The notes under the pieces: model-generated | Told to the model about the DNA's origin: nothing | Database searches by the model: none | What the model saw: the letters and a program-made list of their open reading frames with translations, nothing else | Program-made: the position numbers and the translations under genes | Shown here: piece after piece, positions 51,335 through 64,000 of the stretch | Layout of the letters: each line of letters begins with the position of its first letter | Position numbering within the stretch: the first letter of the stretch is position 1 | NCBI GenBank assembly: GCA_013265495.1 | Contig: MU057597.1 | Location: 396,563-460,562, forward strand | Reading direction: 5' to 3' | Length of the DNA stretch: 64,000 bases | Source of the DNA: Vicugna vicugna | Taxonomy: Eukaryota

Positions 51335-54300
51335 TAAAAAATTTTAATACAATTTTGAAAGATTATTATGCATTTATAGTTATTCCAAAATATTGGCTCT
51401 ATTCTCCATGTTGTACAGTACATCCTGGAACCTTTCTTACACCCGGTAGTTTGTACCTCCCACATCCCAACCCTGTATTGTCCCTCACCCCTCCACTGGT
51501 CACCACTAGTTTATCTGTGAGCCTGCCTTTTTTTTTTTTTTTTTCGGCTGTATACACGATTAGATTCTACATATCTGCGATATCATACAGTATCTCTGAC
51601 TTTCTATGTCTGACTTATTTCACTTAGTCTAATGTTCTCCATCCAGGTCCATCCATGTTGCTGAAAGTGGCAAAATCTCATTATTCTTCATGGCTGAGTA
51701 GTTTTCCATTGTGTGTATATATCTTTATCCATTCATCTGTTGATGGACCCTTAGGTTACTTCAATATCTTGGCAATGGTATATATATATAGTGCTGCTAT
51801 GAACGTTGAGGTGCATGTTATCTTCAAATTTTGTGTTTTTTTTTTTTTTTTTAATGTATACCCTGGAGTGGAATTGCTGAGTCATATGAGAGTTCTATTT
51901 TTGGTTTTTTTGAGAAACCTCCATACTGTTGTCCACATTGGCTGCACCAACTTACATTCCCACCAGCGGGGTGCAAGGGTTCTCTTTTCTCCACATCCTC
52001 ACCAGCATTTTGTTATTTGTGTTCTTTTTGATGATGGCCATTCTGACCGATATAAGGCAATATCTCATTGTGGTTTTGATTTGCATTTCCTTGATGATTA
52101 GCAATGTTGAGCATCTTTTCATGTGTTTGTTGGCCATCTCCATTTCCTCTGGGGAAGAATGTCTATTCAGGTTTTCTGCCCATTTTCTTTTTCTTCTGCC
52201 CATTTTTTAATTGGGTTATTTGGGGTTTTTCTTGATGTTGAGTTGTATGAGTTGTTTATGTATTTTGGATATTAATCCCTGATCATTTGCAAATATTTTT
52301 TCCTTCTTAGTAGGTTGTCTTTTTGTTTTGTTGATAGTTTCCATTGCTGTGCAAAAGCTTTTAAGTTTAATTAGGTCCCATTTGTTTATTTTTGCTTTTA
52401 TTTCCTTTACTTTTTAGGAGATGGATCCAAAAAAAAAAAATTGCTGCAATTTATGCCAGAGTATTTTACCTATGTTTTCCACTAGTTTTATGGTATCTCT
52501 TCTTACGTTAAGGTCTTTAATCCATTTTGAGTTTATGTTTGTATGTGGTGTTTGAGAATGCCCTAATTTCATTCTTTTACGTAGAGCTGTCCTGTTGTCC
52601 CAGCACCAGTTATCCAAGAGACAGTCTTTTTTCCACTGTATATTCTTGCTTACTTCATTGTAGATTAATTGACCAAAGGAGCATGTGTTAAATTTTAGGG
52701 CTTTTTATCCTGTTCCACTGGTCTGTGTGCCTATTTTTGTGCCAGTTACCTTGCTGTTTTGTTGACTATAGCTTTGTAGTATACTCTGAAATGAGGGAGC
52801 ATAATTCCTCTAGCTCTGTTCTTCGTCAAGATTGTTTTGGCTATTTTGGGCCTTTTGTGTTTCCATATAAATTTTAAAATTATCTGTTCTAGTTCTGTGA
52901 AAACTTCCATTGGTGTTTTGATGGGGATTGCATTTAATCTGTAGATTACCTTGGGTTTTTAACAGTTTAACAATTTTAATATTTGAACAATATTGATTCT
53001 TCCAGTCCAAAAACATGGTATGTCTTTCCATCTATGTCGTCTTCATTTTCTTTCGTCAGCATCTTGGTTTTTGGAGTGCAGTTATTTTAGCTCTTTAGGT
53101 AGGTTTATTCCTAGGTATTTTATTCTTTTTGATGAGATGGTAAATGGGATTGCTTCTTTAATTTCGCTTTCTTATACTTCACTGTTAGGATATGGAAGGC
53201 AACAGATTTCTGTATATTTTGTATCCTGCAACTTCACCAAATTCATTGATGATCTCTAGTTTTCTAGTGGCATCTTCAGGATTTTCTGTGTATAGTATCA
53301 TGTCTTCTGCAGTGACAGTCTTACTTCCTTTTCCAATTTGGATTCGTTTTTCTTTTCTGATTGCTGTAGCTAGGACTTTCAAAACTATGTTGAATAAAAG
53401 TGGTGAGAGTGGCCATCTGTGTCTTTTCTCGATCTTGGAGTGCTTTCAGCTTTTCATCGTTGACTATGTTAGCTGTGGGTTGTCATATATGGTCTTTATT
53501 TTGTTGAGGCATGTTCCCTCTGTGCCTGCTTTCTGGAGAGTTTTTTTTTTTAATTATAAATGGATGCTTAATTTTATCAAAAGCTTTTTCTGCATTTATT
53601 GAGATGATCATACGGATTTTATTCATTGGTTTGTTTATGTGGTATATCACACTGATTTGCACATCAATCCTTGCATCCCTGGGGTAAATCCCACTTGATC
53701 ATGGTGTACGATTCTTTTAATGTATTGTTGGATTTGATTTGCTAGTATTTTGTTGAGGATTTTTGCATTTATGTTTATCAGTGATATTGGCCTATAATTT
53801 TCTTTTTTTGTAATATCTTTGTCTGGTTTTGGTATCACAGTGATGGTGGCCTCGTAGAATGAGTTCAAAAGTGTTTCTTCCTCTGCAGTTTTTTGGAATA
53901 GTTCCAGAAGAATAAATGTTAACTCTTCTGTAAATATTTTGTAGAATTCGCCTGTGAAGTCATCTGGTGTTGGACTTCTGTTTGTTGGGAGTTTTTAAAT
54001 TACTGATTTGATGTCAGTACTGGTAATTGGTCTGTGCATGTTTTCTATTTCTTTCTGGTTCAGTCTTGACAGATGGTACCTTTCTAAGAATTTGTCCATT
54101 TCTTCTAGGTTGTCCATTTTTTTGCCATATAATTGTTCATAGTAGTCTTTTATGATCCTTTATATTTTTGTGGTATCAGTTTTAGCTTCTCCTTTTCCAT
54201 TTCTGATTTAGGTCTTCTCCCTTTTTTTCTCACTGAGTCTGACTAAAGGTTATCAATTTTGTTTATATTTTCAAAGAAGCAGCTTTTAGTTTCACTGATC

Positions 54301-55750
54301 TTCTCTGTTGTTTTTCTTTTTTAGTCTCTCTTTCATTTTTTTGTGCTCTGGTCTTTATGATTTCTTTCCTTCTACTGTTTGGGCTTTGTTTTTTCTCTAG
54401 TTGCTTTAGGTATAATGTTAGGTTGTTTATGTGAGATTTTTCTTGTTTCCTGAGGTAAACTTGTTTCACTGTAAACTTCCTTCTTAGAATTGCTTTTGCT
54501 ACGTCCCGTAGGTTCTGGATTGATGAGTTTTCATTTCCATTAGTCTCTAGGTAGTTTTTAAAATTTCTTCTTTAATTTCTTCAATGACCCCTTGGTTGTT
54601 TAGTAGCATACTGTTTAGTCTCCACATCTCTGTGTTTTTTTTAATAGGTTTTTTCTTGTAGTTGATTTCTAGTCTTTTAGCATTGTTTTTGGAAAAGATG
54701 CTTGGTATGATTTCAATCTTAAATTTACCAAGGCTTGTTTTGTGGCCTGGCATGTGGTCTGTCCATGGAGAATGTTCCATGTGCACTTGGAAAGAATGTG
54801 TATTCTGCTGCATTCAGATGGAATGCTTTATAAGTATCATTTAAGTCAGTTGGTCAGATGTTTTATTTAAGGCTTGTGTGTACTTACTGATTTTCTGTTT
54901 GGATGACCTGTCCATTCATGTAAAGGGATGTTAAGTCTCCTACTGTTGTTATGTTACTGTCAATTTCTCCTTTTATGTCTGTTAACATTTGCCTTATGTA
55001 CTGAGGTGCAGCTATGTTGGGTGCATATGTATTTACAATTGTTACATCTTCTTGGATTGATCTGTTGATCATGTAGTGTCCTTCTTTGTCAATTTTAACA
55101 GTATTTTAAAGTCTGTTTTTGTCATACAGGTGTTGCTACTCCAGCTTTCTGTTGATTGCCATTTGCATGGAATATCTTTTTCCATCCCCTTTCAGTCTGT
55201 ATGTGTCTCTAGATCTTAAGTGAGCCTTTTGTAGGCTGCATATGTAAGTCTTATTTTTGTATCCATTCAGCTACTCTGTGCCTTTTGGCTTGAGCATTTA
55301 ATCCATTTTCATTTAAGGTAATTATTGATAAGTATGTTCTTATTGCCATTTTGTTAAATGTTTTGGATTTGTTTTTGTAGGTCTTTTTTCCCTCTCATGA
55401 TTTGATGATTATCTTTAGTGTTACAGATTTTTGGTTTGCATTTACTTTTAGGGTTTTGTGTAGCAGTAAATATATGTGATTGTTTTAAGTTGTTGCTCAG
55501 ATGCATTTAAAAACCCTGCAGTTGTATTCTCCCCGCCTCACAGTTACAGGTTTTGATATCGTATCTTATATCTCATTGGGTTATGTATCCCTTAGCTGCT
55601 TGAGTTTCAATATAGATGACTTTACTATTTTTGTCTTTTAACCTCCGTCCTAGCTTTCTCTGTGGCTGATTTCCTGATTTTATTGTGTGTTTGCCTGTGT
55701 TGGTGAGCTTTCTCATTTTGTAGTTTTCTTGTTTCTAGTTGTGGTCAGTA
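51335..55750 (-). mobile_element. Long L1 (~4.4 kb) spanning ORF2 endonuclease, RT, C-terminus and 3' UTR, disrupted
   Basis: SIQEDVTIVNTYAPNIAAPQYIRQML (EN); [35 protein letters not shown] (RT); flanks tttgtttctttaa / tttgttttctttaa. Confidence 0.92.
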
Positions 55751-55939
55751 ATTTGTTTTCTTTAAGCCACTGATACTTTCATCTTGCAAATTTCATTGTT
55801 ATAAATAACCTTGATTTTTCTTTATTCAATCATCACTTCTGTATTTTTGATGATATTCTTGGTGTTCTTCATTTTATATCTACAATTTGGGGCTATGTAT
55901 TCATGGAATGAATATTGTTTTTTTATATCTTACAGGATG

Positions 55940-56052
55940 TCTTTCTCTTTTACGTATATATTTTTATTGAAGTATAGTCAGTTTACAATATGTCAGTTTC
56001 TGTTGTACAGCATAATGCTTCAGTCATACATGGACATTCATTCATTTTCATA
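55940..56052 (-). mobile_element. Short L1 3'-end insertion
   Basis: tttattgaagtatagtcagtttacaat; ttacag(g/a)atgt repeated at 55931 and 56053. Confidence 0.7.
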
Positions 56053-56199
56053 TTACAGAATGTTTTTCTTGAATGGTTTATTACTTGACATTTGTTTCCC
56101 CAAAATCTATGTAACCTCTAGAAATTTTTGAAGATAGTCTGAGTTATTCCTTTCTCTCTGTTTTGTACCTACTATTAACACATACACCTTCCTTTTAAT

Positions 56200-57500
56200 A
56201 GACTATTTTTTAAGCACCTGTAGGTTCATGGAGAAATTGAATGGAAGTTATAGAGATTCCCCATGTATTTCCTACCCAAGACATGCAGACCTTCCCCCAT
56301 TATTAACATCCCACCTGAGAGGGGTAAATTTTTTTTTTTATCATTGATGAACCTACATTGATAACAGATGAAGCCCTCAAAGTCCATATTTGTGTTTGAG
56401 TTCACTTTTGGTGTTGTATATTCTGTAGGTTTAGACAAATGTATAATCACGTTTGTACCATAGTAGTACCATAGAAGGTAACTTCATTCTTTAAAAACTG
56501 TCAGTGCTCTTCCTGTTCATCTCTGTCCCTCCTAACCCCTGCAGTGACAGAGCTCTTTAGTGGCTTCATAGTTTTACCTTTTGCAGAATGTCATGTAGTT
56601 GGAATCAAACAGCTTATATAGTGTTTTCAGATTGTCTTTTTTCACTTAGTAATATCCATTTAATTTATCCATATGTTTTCATAGCTTGATAGCTTGTTTC
56701 TTTTTAGTATTGAATAATACTTTCATTGTCTTTAGTATTGAATAATACTTTCATTGTCTTTACCATATTTATTTCTCCATTCACTGAAGAACATTTTGGT
56801 TGCTTCCAAGTTTCGATGATCATGGATAAAACTGCTGTAAATATTCACATGGAGGGATTTGTTTGTTTTGCAGCACATAATAGTTCTTAAGTCCTCTTTA
56901 TTGCTTCGTAATATTCCATAAAATGAATACCACATTTTGTTCTTTCATGAGTTTTTGGGCATTTGGATTGTTTCTACCTTTGGGCTATTGTGAATAATAT
57001 TGCTATAAACATTTTTGTACAAGGTTTTATGTGGACATCTATTTACATTTCACTGGTAGAAAGCTAAAAGTGGAATTGCTTGGTCATATGGTAACTTTGT
57101 TTCATAGTTTGAGGAACTGCCACACTGTTTTCCAAAGCAGTTGTACCATTTGTCCTTCCCACCAGGAACGTTATGAGGGTTCCAGTTTCTCCACATCCTC
57201 ACCAATACGTGTTATCTGTCTTTTTGATTATGGCCATTTTAGGGCTGTGGAGCTGTATCTCATTTTGGTATTGATTTGCATTTCTCTAGTGAATACTTGT
57301 GTTAAACATCTTTTTTGTGTGCTTACTGGCTATTTTTCTGTGTTCATTGGAAAAGTATCCAGATACTTTCCCATTTAAAAAATTGGGTTACTTATGCTTT
57401 TTTGTTGAGTGTAAAGAGTCCTTTATATCTTCTAAATACAAGTGACTTATCAGATATATAGGATTGGCAAATAGTTTTTAGTTTTCTGTAGCTTCCCTTT
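56200..57500 (-). mobile_element. Old L1M 3' fragments
   Basis: ggttcatggagaaattga, aaagtggaattgcttggtcatatggtaact motifs; includes a 28-bp tandem duplication at 56703-56758. Confidence 0.7.
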
Positions 57501-58229
57501 TCACTTTTAGAGGGTAGAGGTTTAAAGGCTACAGGAGAAATTCTTTGAGATTCTGTTTGTAAACTGTGTTCCTATAGTGTCCACAGTAACAGTTCCAAAA
57601 TGGATTTTCATTACTAGGAGGACTTCACATTAAGTTTGAGAATCCCTCCATCTTAACTTTCCGGGATGAAGCGTACTTAGGCCCACTGGGGAGAGTTTTT
57701 GTTTCAACTAATACCGCCTGTGCCTGCAGCTGCCAAGAGCTGTGTTCACGCAGATGATCATGTGGGCCACAACACCTATGCTTCCCTCCTTAGGCCCCAA
57801 CCCCTGGCTGCTCTTTACTGGCCGCATTCATCTTGTTTTTACATTTCTCTTTTCCCATTTACAAAAGTAATTTTCAACATATAAGATCTGTTTTGATTAA
57901 GATAATATTTCACTTTCTAAAACTTTGATCTAGAGGACACAGTGTCACCTTCTTTGACAAGGAAACCATCTTCCATTAACTTAACCATTTGGGAGGATGA
58001 TAGTGTCTTAGCTGATTCTTTTCCTAATAATACCTGTATAATAAAGTGGAGCTAAAGTCTATTTTTTCTTCCCTGGACATCCTGGATTTTTACCAAGAAG
58101 TCATCATGTGCCAAAACCTGAAATTCCAAAATCTATATGTAGTGTACTTTAAATACAGCACAGCTTATTTATATGTCTAATTAGCTTTTCTGTAAGAAAT
58201 AAACAAAAACCCTCCAGGCATTGTTGACT

Positions 58230-60130
58230 GGATTCCTAGTGTATAGAAACCACCACGTTAATAACTTTAAATTGTTTGATCTCCTGTATCCATTTTCCCA
58301 AACCTCCCCACCACCTGTTTTGGTCAACCACAAATCTCTATGTCGTAAGCTTATTCTCTGTGTCTGTTTTTTTTAAAGATTACACATGTAAGAGAGAAAT
58401 CAAAAGGTATCTGTCTGTGTCTGACATTTCTGGTAGCATGATGCCCTCCATGTTGTCACAAGTAGCAATGTTTACTCTTTTTAATGGCTGAATAATATTA
58501 CATCACACACATCACAGTTTATCCATTTATTCATTGACAGACACTTAGATTGTTTCCTTATTTTTATTATATTGTTTATTTATTGCAAGTAATGCAGTGA
58601 ACTGGGGAGGTGGACGTATCTTTTCAAGATAGTGTTTTTGCTTTCTTCATGTAAATTGCTGGGTCATGTTAGTTCTGTTTTTTTTTTATTTGAGGAACAT
58701 CTGGAATGTTTTCCATGGTGTTGGCACCAATTTATGTTCCCTCTAACAGAGCACAAGCGTTCCCTTTTCTCCACATCCTTGCTAACACTTGTTATTTCTT
58801 GCTTTTTTTTTTTTTTTTAAATAAAAGTGAACTGGGGAGGTGGACGTATCTTTTCAAGATAGTGTTTTTGCTTTCTTCATGTAAATTGCTGGGTCATGTT
58901 AGTTCTGTTTTTTTTTATTTGAGGAACATCTGGAATGTTTTCCATGGTGTTGGCACCAATTTATGTTCCCTCTAACAGAGCACAAGCGTTCCCTTTTCTC
59001 CACATCCTTGCTAACACTTGTTATTTCTTGCTTTTTTTTTTTTTTTTAAATAAAAGCCATTCTAAGAGTTGTGAGGTGCTATCTCATTGTGGTTTTCATT
59101 TTTCATTCCCCGGTTGATTAATGATGTTAAGCATCTTTTCATGGATCTGTTGGCCATCTGTACGATTTCTTTGAAAGATGTCTGTTTGGATCTGCTGCCT
59201 ATTTTTTAAATCAGTTTCTTTTGTTGTTTTTAAAACTGAGTTGTGAATTGTTTGTATATTTTAGATATTAAGCCCCTTATCACATGCAAGATTTGCAAAT
59301 ATTTTCTCCCAATCCATAGGTTGCCTTTTCCTTTTGTTGACAGTTTCCTTTGCTGTGCAGGAGCTTTTTAGATTGATGTGGCTGCACTTGGTTTTTGTTT
59401 GTTTTGTTTTTATTTTTGGGTGCAGATTCAGAAAATCATTGATAAGATATCAAAGAACTACTATGTTTTCTTCTAGGAATTTTATTTCAGGTACTGCGCT
59501 CAGGTCTTTAACTTGTTTTTTGAGTAGTGTAAGGTAGTGGTCATGTTTCTCTTGTGTGTACCATTCAATTTTATCAGTACTAATTACTCATGACATTGTC
59601 CTTTCCCCATGGCACATTATTGGCTTCTGTGTCATACATTTATTGACTGTATATGCGTGGGTTTATTTCTGGGCTTTCTGTTCTGTTCCATTAACCCTGT
59701 CCATTAACCTGTGTGTGCGTTTTAATGTCAGTAACATAGTGTTTTAATTACCAGACTTTGTAACGTAGTTTGAAATCAGGGAATGTGATGCCTTCAGATT
59801 TGTTCTTAAGATTGCTTTGGCCATTTGGGGTGTTTCTTGGTTCCATATAAATTTTAGGATTATTTGTTCTATTTCATGTGCATGTTTTTGGGTGTACATA
59901 TGTTTTTGACTCATTTGTGGAAATACTAAGGAGTGTGATCGCTAGATCTTATTAAGATTATGTTAATTTTGTAAGAAATGGCAAACTCTTCCAAACTGAC
60001 CGTACCATTTTACATTCCCATCAGCAATGAATGAAAGTTTTTGCTGCTTCACATCCTTTCTAGTATTTGTTGTTTTCAGTGTTCTGGATTTTGGCCATTG
60101 TCAAAGGTGTGTAGTGATATCTCGTTTGTT
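58230..60130 (-). mobile_element. L1 3' fragments (antisense)
   Basis: gttgacagtttcctttgctgtgcag and gtagtttgaaatcagg ORF2-end motifs. Confidence 0.75.
58597..59055. repeat. Near-perfect ~230-bp tandem duplication
   Basis: 58597-58826 vs 58827-59055 differ only by one T in a homopolymer. Confidence 0.92.
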
Positions 60131-60169
60131 TTTAACACACATTTTCCTCAGTTAAATCTATGGCTTCAT

Positions 60170-61315
60170 TTATTTTAGTGTAAATTTACAATGTTGTGTC
60201 AGTTTCTGGTGTACAGCATAATGTTTGAGGCATCCACACACATACATATATTCATATCCTTTTTCATTATACATTGCTGCAAATATTGAATATAATTCCG
60301 TGCTATACAGAAATTTATCTATTTTATATATAGTTAATACCTATTTTATATATTACATATATATATTTATTTTAAATAGTTAGTATCTGCAAATCTCAAA
60401 CCCCAATTTATCCTTTCCATCCCCTCTAGTAACCACAAGTTTGGTTTCTATGTCTGTGAATCTTTGTTTTGTAAATAAGTTCATTTGTCTTTCTTTTTAG
60501 AGTCCACATATAAGTGATATCACATGGCATTTATCTATCTTTCTGGCTTACTTCACTTAGAATGATGATCTGTAGGTCCATCCCTGTTGCTAAAAATGGC
60601 ATTATTTTCATTATTTTTATGGCTGAGTAATATTCTATTCTAGTGTGTGTGTGTGTGTGTGTGTCTGTACACCCCCCGCCCCCCATCTTTTTTATCCATT
60701 CGTGTGTCAGTTGGCTTTAGGTTGCTTCCCTTTCTTGGCTATTGTAAATAGTGCTACTATGAACATTGGGGGGCATGTATCTTTTTGAATTAAGGTTCCC
60801 TCTGGGTATATACCCAGGGTTGGGATTCCTGGATCATGTGGTAAGTCTATTTTTAGTGTTTTGAGAAATCTCCTTTTTTCCATAAGGGCTGCACCAAACT
60901 AGAGTCCCACCAGCAGTGTAGGAGGGGTCCCTTTTCTCCACAGCCTCCAGCATTTCTTTTATGAACTTTTGAATGACATCCATTCTGACTGATGTGAGGT
61001 GATACCTCTCTGTACTTTTGATTTGCATTTCTCTGATAAGTAGCAATATTTAGCATTGTTTCATGTGCCTGTTGGCCATTTGTATGTCTTCACTGGAGAA
61101 CTGCTTGTTTAGGTCATCTGCCCATTTTTCGATTGGGTTTTTTTTTGCTATTAAGTTGTATGAGCTGTTGATATATTCTGGAAATTAGGCCCTTGTTGGT
61201 CTCATCATTTGCAGATACTTTCTCCCATTCTGTAGGTTGTCTTTTTGTTTTGCTTATGGTTTCCTTTGCTGTGCAAAAGCTTTTAAGCTTAATTAGGTCC
61301 CATTTGTTTATTTCT
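60170..61315 (-). mobile_element. Young-type L1 3' portion
   Basis: [31 protein letters not shown] peptide; 3' UTR like 48472-49420. Confidence 0.88.
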
Positions 61316-64000
61316 ATGGCATTTTTAAAGTAGAGAACTTCTGATCTCTTCAGAACATACGTTTTCCTCAGTTGCTGCCTTAGTCGCGGAGACAGCATTG
61401 AGCTGCTTTGCTGTAGCCTTATTCCATACGTAAGCTTTGAGTTTCATTTTAATTTCACATTTTTTCTTTTGCTGCAAATAATTTATTCTAATAATTAGTC
61501 TCCTTGTCTAGATTCTTCAGGCACATTGTGGTATACTAATATTTAAACAGTTTATTTAAGAACATGTAGGTAATTCCTACATTCAGTAATGGCTTCCTCA
61601 TTATTATTACTTCAAACACTTATGTGTCCCGGAAATTTTCTCAGGTTCTTTGAATTACAGATTTAAGTGAAGCCCTGTCCTCTTCTTAAAAATTTCATCA
61701 GAAGTTGCCTGGTCTGTGTTACATCCCATTATTACCTGCTCTTCAGACTGTTATCGGCTGCTCACATCTCTGCACATAGAACTCCGCCCTGGGTCAGCAT
61801 GAGGCCGCCAGAATTGTTTCTGTGCTTAAGTGCTCCTGTGAACAGCACTTTTCCAGACAGACCACTCTCTGCCCTAGTCGTTATGTAATGCTCCCTTAGG
61901 GGGCTGTTTCCTGTTGCTGTTTCTGAAGTCAAAATAATTACTTTTGGATCAGTGCATATTAATTTCTACTGATTCATGATAAGAATATCTATAGTAATAC
62001 ACCTATTGTAAGGGCACTTCTCAGCTGATGTCCCTTTTATGTCTGGTAATAATGTTAAAGAGCTAAAGGTATGATTTCAAATGCTTTACAAAGTTCCAGC
62101 AAAAGAGATGCTGTTACTTTCACATAACAAAGACATTTGCACTAAGAATCTTAATGTCAAAATTGATTTTCTGCTTTTAAAATGCATAATGTAGTTCACA
62201 AGTTATTCTTACCAAATGCAGTCACATCTGCAGAGAATTTAAACCCTGGCAAAGGCCTCCTGCTAACCTTATTTCCAGCAGTCAACCTCTGCTTCCTCGA
62301 GCCAAGGGATCATCGTCCAGCACCCATGAGCACCCTCCACTGCTGGGCCCTTGGGAGAGTTTGACTGCATCCACATGTGCTGATAGAGTGGACTCGCCCA
62401 TTCTCCTCTTGATGGCCATTTCCACGTTTTTGCTTTTAGGCCCTGCTAAGAACACCCTTGTACATACCTTCTGGATCATATATGACTCAAGTGCATGCCT
62501 AAAAGTGGAATTTGTGGGATGTTCAGTTTGATCATCTTTAGCACAAGTACTGGAATAGATGTAAACCTAAGTCTTCCCATGACACCGCACTGTCTCGCTT
62601 TCTCAATCTTCCTACCCACAGTACAGTTTCCACAGAGTGAGTCAGTTTTACGCCTCTTGCTGATTTTTAAGGTCAGGCCTGGAACTGCGGTAGCGCAGAT
62701 TTTCACAGCTCTACAAGCACACGCACTGCTCATGATTTTCACTCTAGCTTTATTAAATCTCAGTCCTGGCCTTCCCTCAGATCTTTATTGATCTAAATGA
62801 ACTATACTGGTACGTCCTAGTGCTGTATTAATATTTTAGCACTTAGGCTCCCCAGTTTACACAGGGCCGACCCCTCCCCATGCCACACAGAGGAAGACCC
62901 ATACTCACACGTGTATGGCCCGCACAGATGAACGCCACGATCTGGTCACTGTATATGACCGTGTGCAGGACATGATGGCTCCTGCTGTTACCTGGGACAA
63001 GTAGGACACTGACGCTCTGACACAGCTCTCTTCCTGTATCTTCTTTGAAACATTTCTTTCTAAGATACTGATATTTACTGGGATGTCTTAAAATCTCAAC
63101 TGCCTGAGTGAGTGGTGCTGCTTAGCACTACGAGCATGCCATCTCAGTCTGCACACCCGGGTTCAGACTGTGGCTCTCGGGTTTGCTTTCTGTGTGAGTT
63201 AGGGATAGATGTGTAAGTGTTTGGGGTTCTTTATTTCTATGTGAAAATTGTGATAATTTACCTCTAAAATAATCAAGTAAGTTAATGTTGTTAGACGGCC
63301 TGAAATACTACATGGCAGATAGTAAGGACTGAAAGTTACCTTTAGTTAATTAGATATGTCATTTTTTGGTCATGTTTATTATAAGATTGACCTTGGCCTG
63401 TGTTGTATTTTGGCTGTCTTTATGTAATTCTTTTTTCCATGTAAATATTCTCCCTGACCTTAGATGGCAAATTTTCGCATCATGCATTATACACTATCTA
63501 TATGTGGTGTGTGTACAGACACACACACATACTTGCCATATAACTAGATAATTAAACGATACCCCACAGTCAGGTAGCTGAACTACGCACTGGCTGTTAC
63601 AGACCTGTAGGCATGAAATCATGATTGAGATTCCAGCAATTTTCCCTGATTCTTAAATATACATATGTCTGTTTACCTGAAACAGATAACCTGAAACAGA
63701 TATCTCAAAATTCAGTCCTTTTTAACATTTTATTTTTTTCCTATTGTGTGTTCCTTCCAGAAAGAAAAAAAATTTTTTTGGTACTTATAAAAGAATCTTT
63801 TAGAATTCCAGAAACCATTTTCATAATTGTAGTTACTTAGTAATTTACCTCCTAGATTTATCACGGGTTCCAAAAATCTTTCACCAGTTACTATTGTGAT
63901 GTACCGATTTAAAGAATTTTTTTTCTTGCATCATATTTACATATTAAACACATTATAAAGATTAAGGATTAGGGAAGACAGTTCTGTAAGCTTGTACATA

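Noticed and set aside
56703..56758. 28-bp tandem duplication containing a small hairpin
   Set aside because: Ordinary slippage inside an old L1; no sign of function.

Overview
Mammalian genomic DNA, most likely camelid, judged from the Vic-1-like tRNA-derived SINEs. The window covers part of a tandem, + strand cluster of KRAB-A-only C2H2 zinc-finger genes of the ZNF677/ZNF665/ZNF347/ZNF816-type group. Gene 1 has an open spliced ORF of 404 aa: ATG exon CDS 2268-2339, KRAB-A exon 6077-6203, zinc-finger exon 14570-15585. It has 5 intact fingers, an atypical KRAB (EEQ, MLETC) and an array that breaks off mid-finger. Gene 2 (about 26870-35990) is a pseudogene paralog. It lost its KRAB exon through a deletion equal to about 10.7 kb of gene 1 and its fingers carry stops, but its CpG island persists. 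Gene 3 is ZNF677-like: CpG island 43560-44420, ATG exon CDS 46957-46971, KRAB exon 48233-48359, with the finger exon predicted beyond the window. Two extra copies of the promoter-upstream module (17770-19172, 37500-39290) have no gene behind them. The rest is L1, SINE, MIR, LTR and a decayed class I ERV (gag-pro-pol remnant). Paralog comparison inside the window shows empty insertion sites, a 31-bp micro-L1, probable gene-conversion tracts and independently killed splice donors. I see no evidence for a wholly new biological system; the interest is a detailed record of KRAB-ZFP birth and death. Repeat family names come from recognition, not a database search, and many repeat boundaries are approximate.
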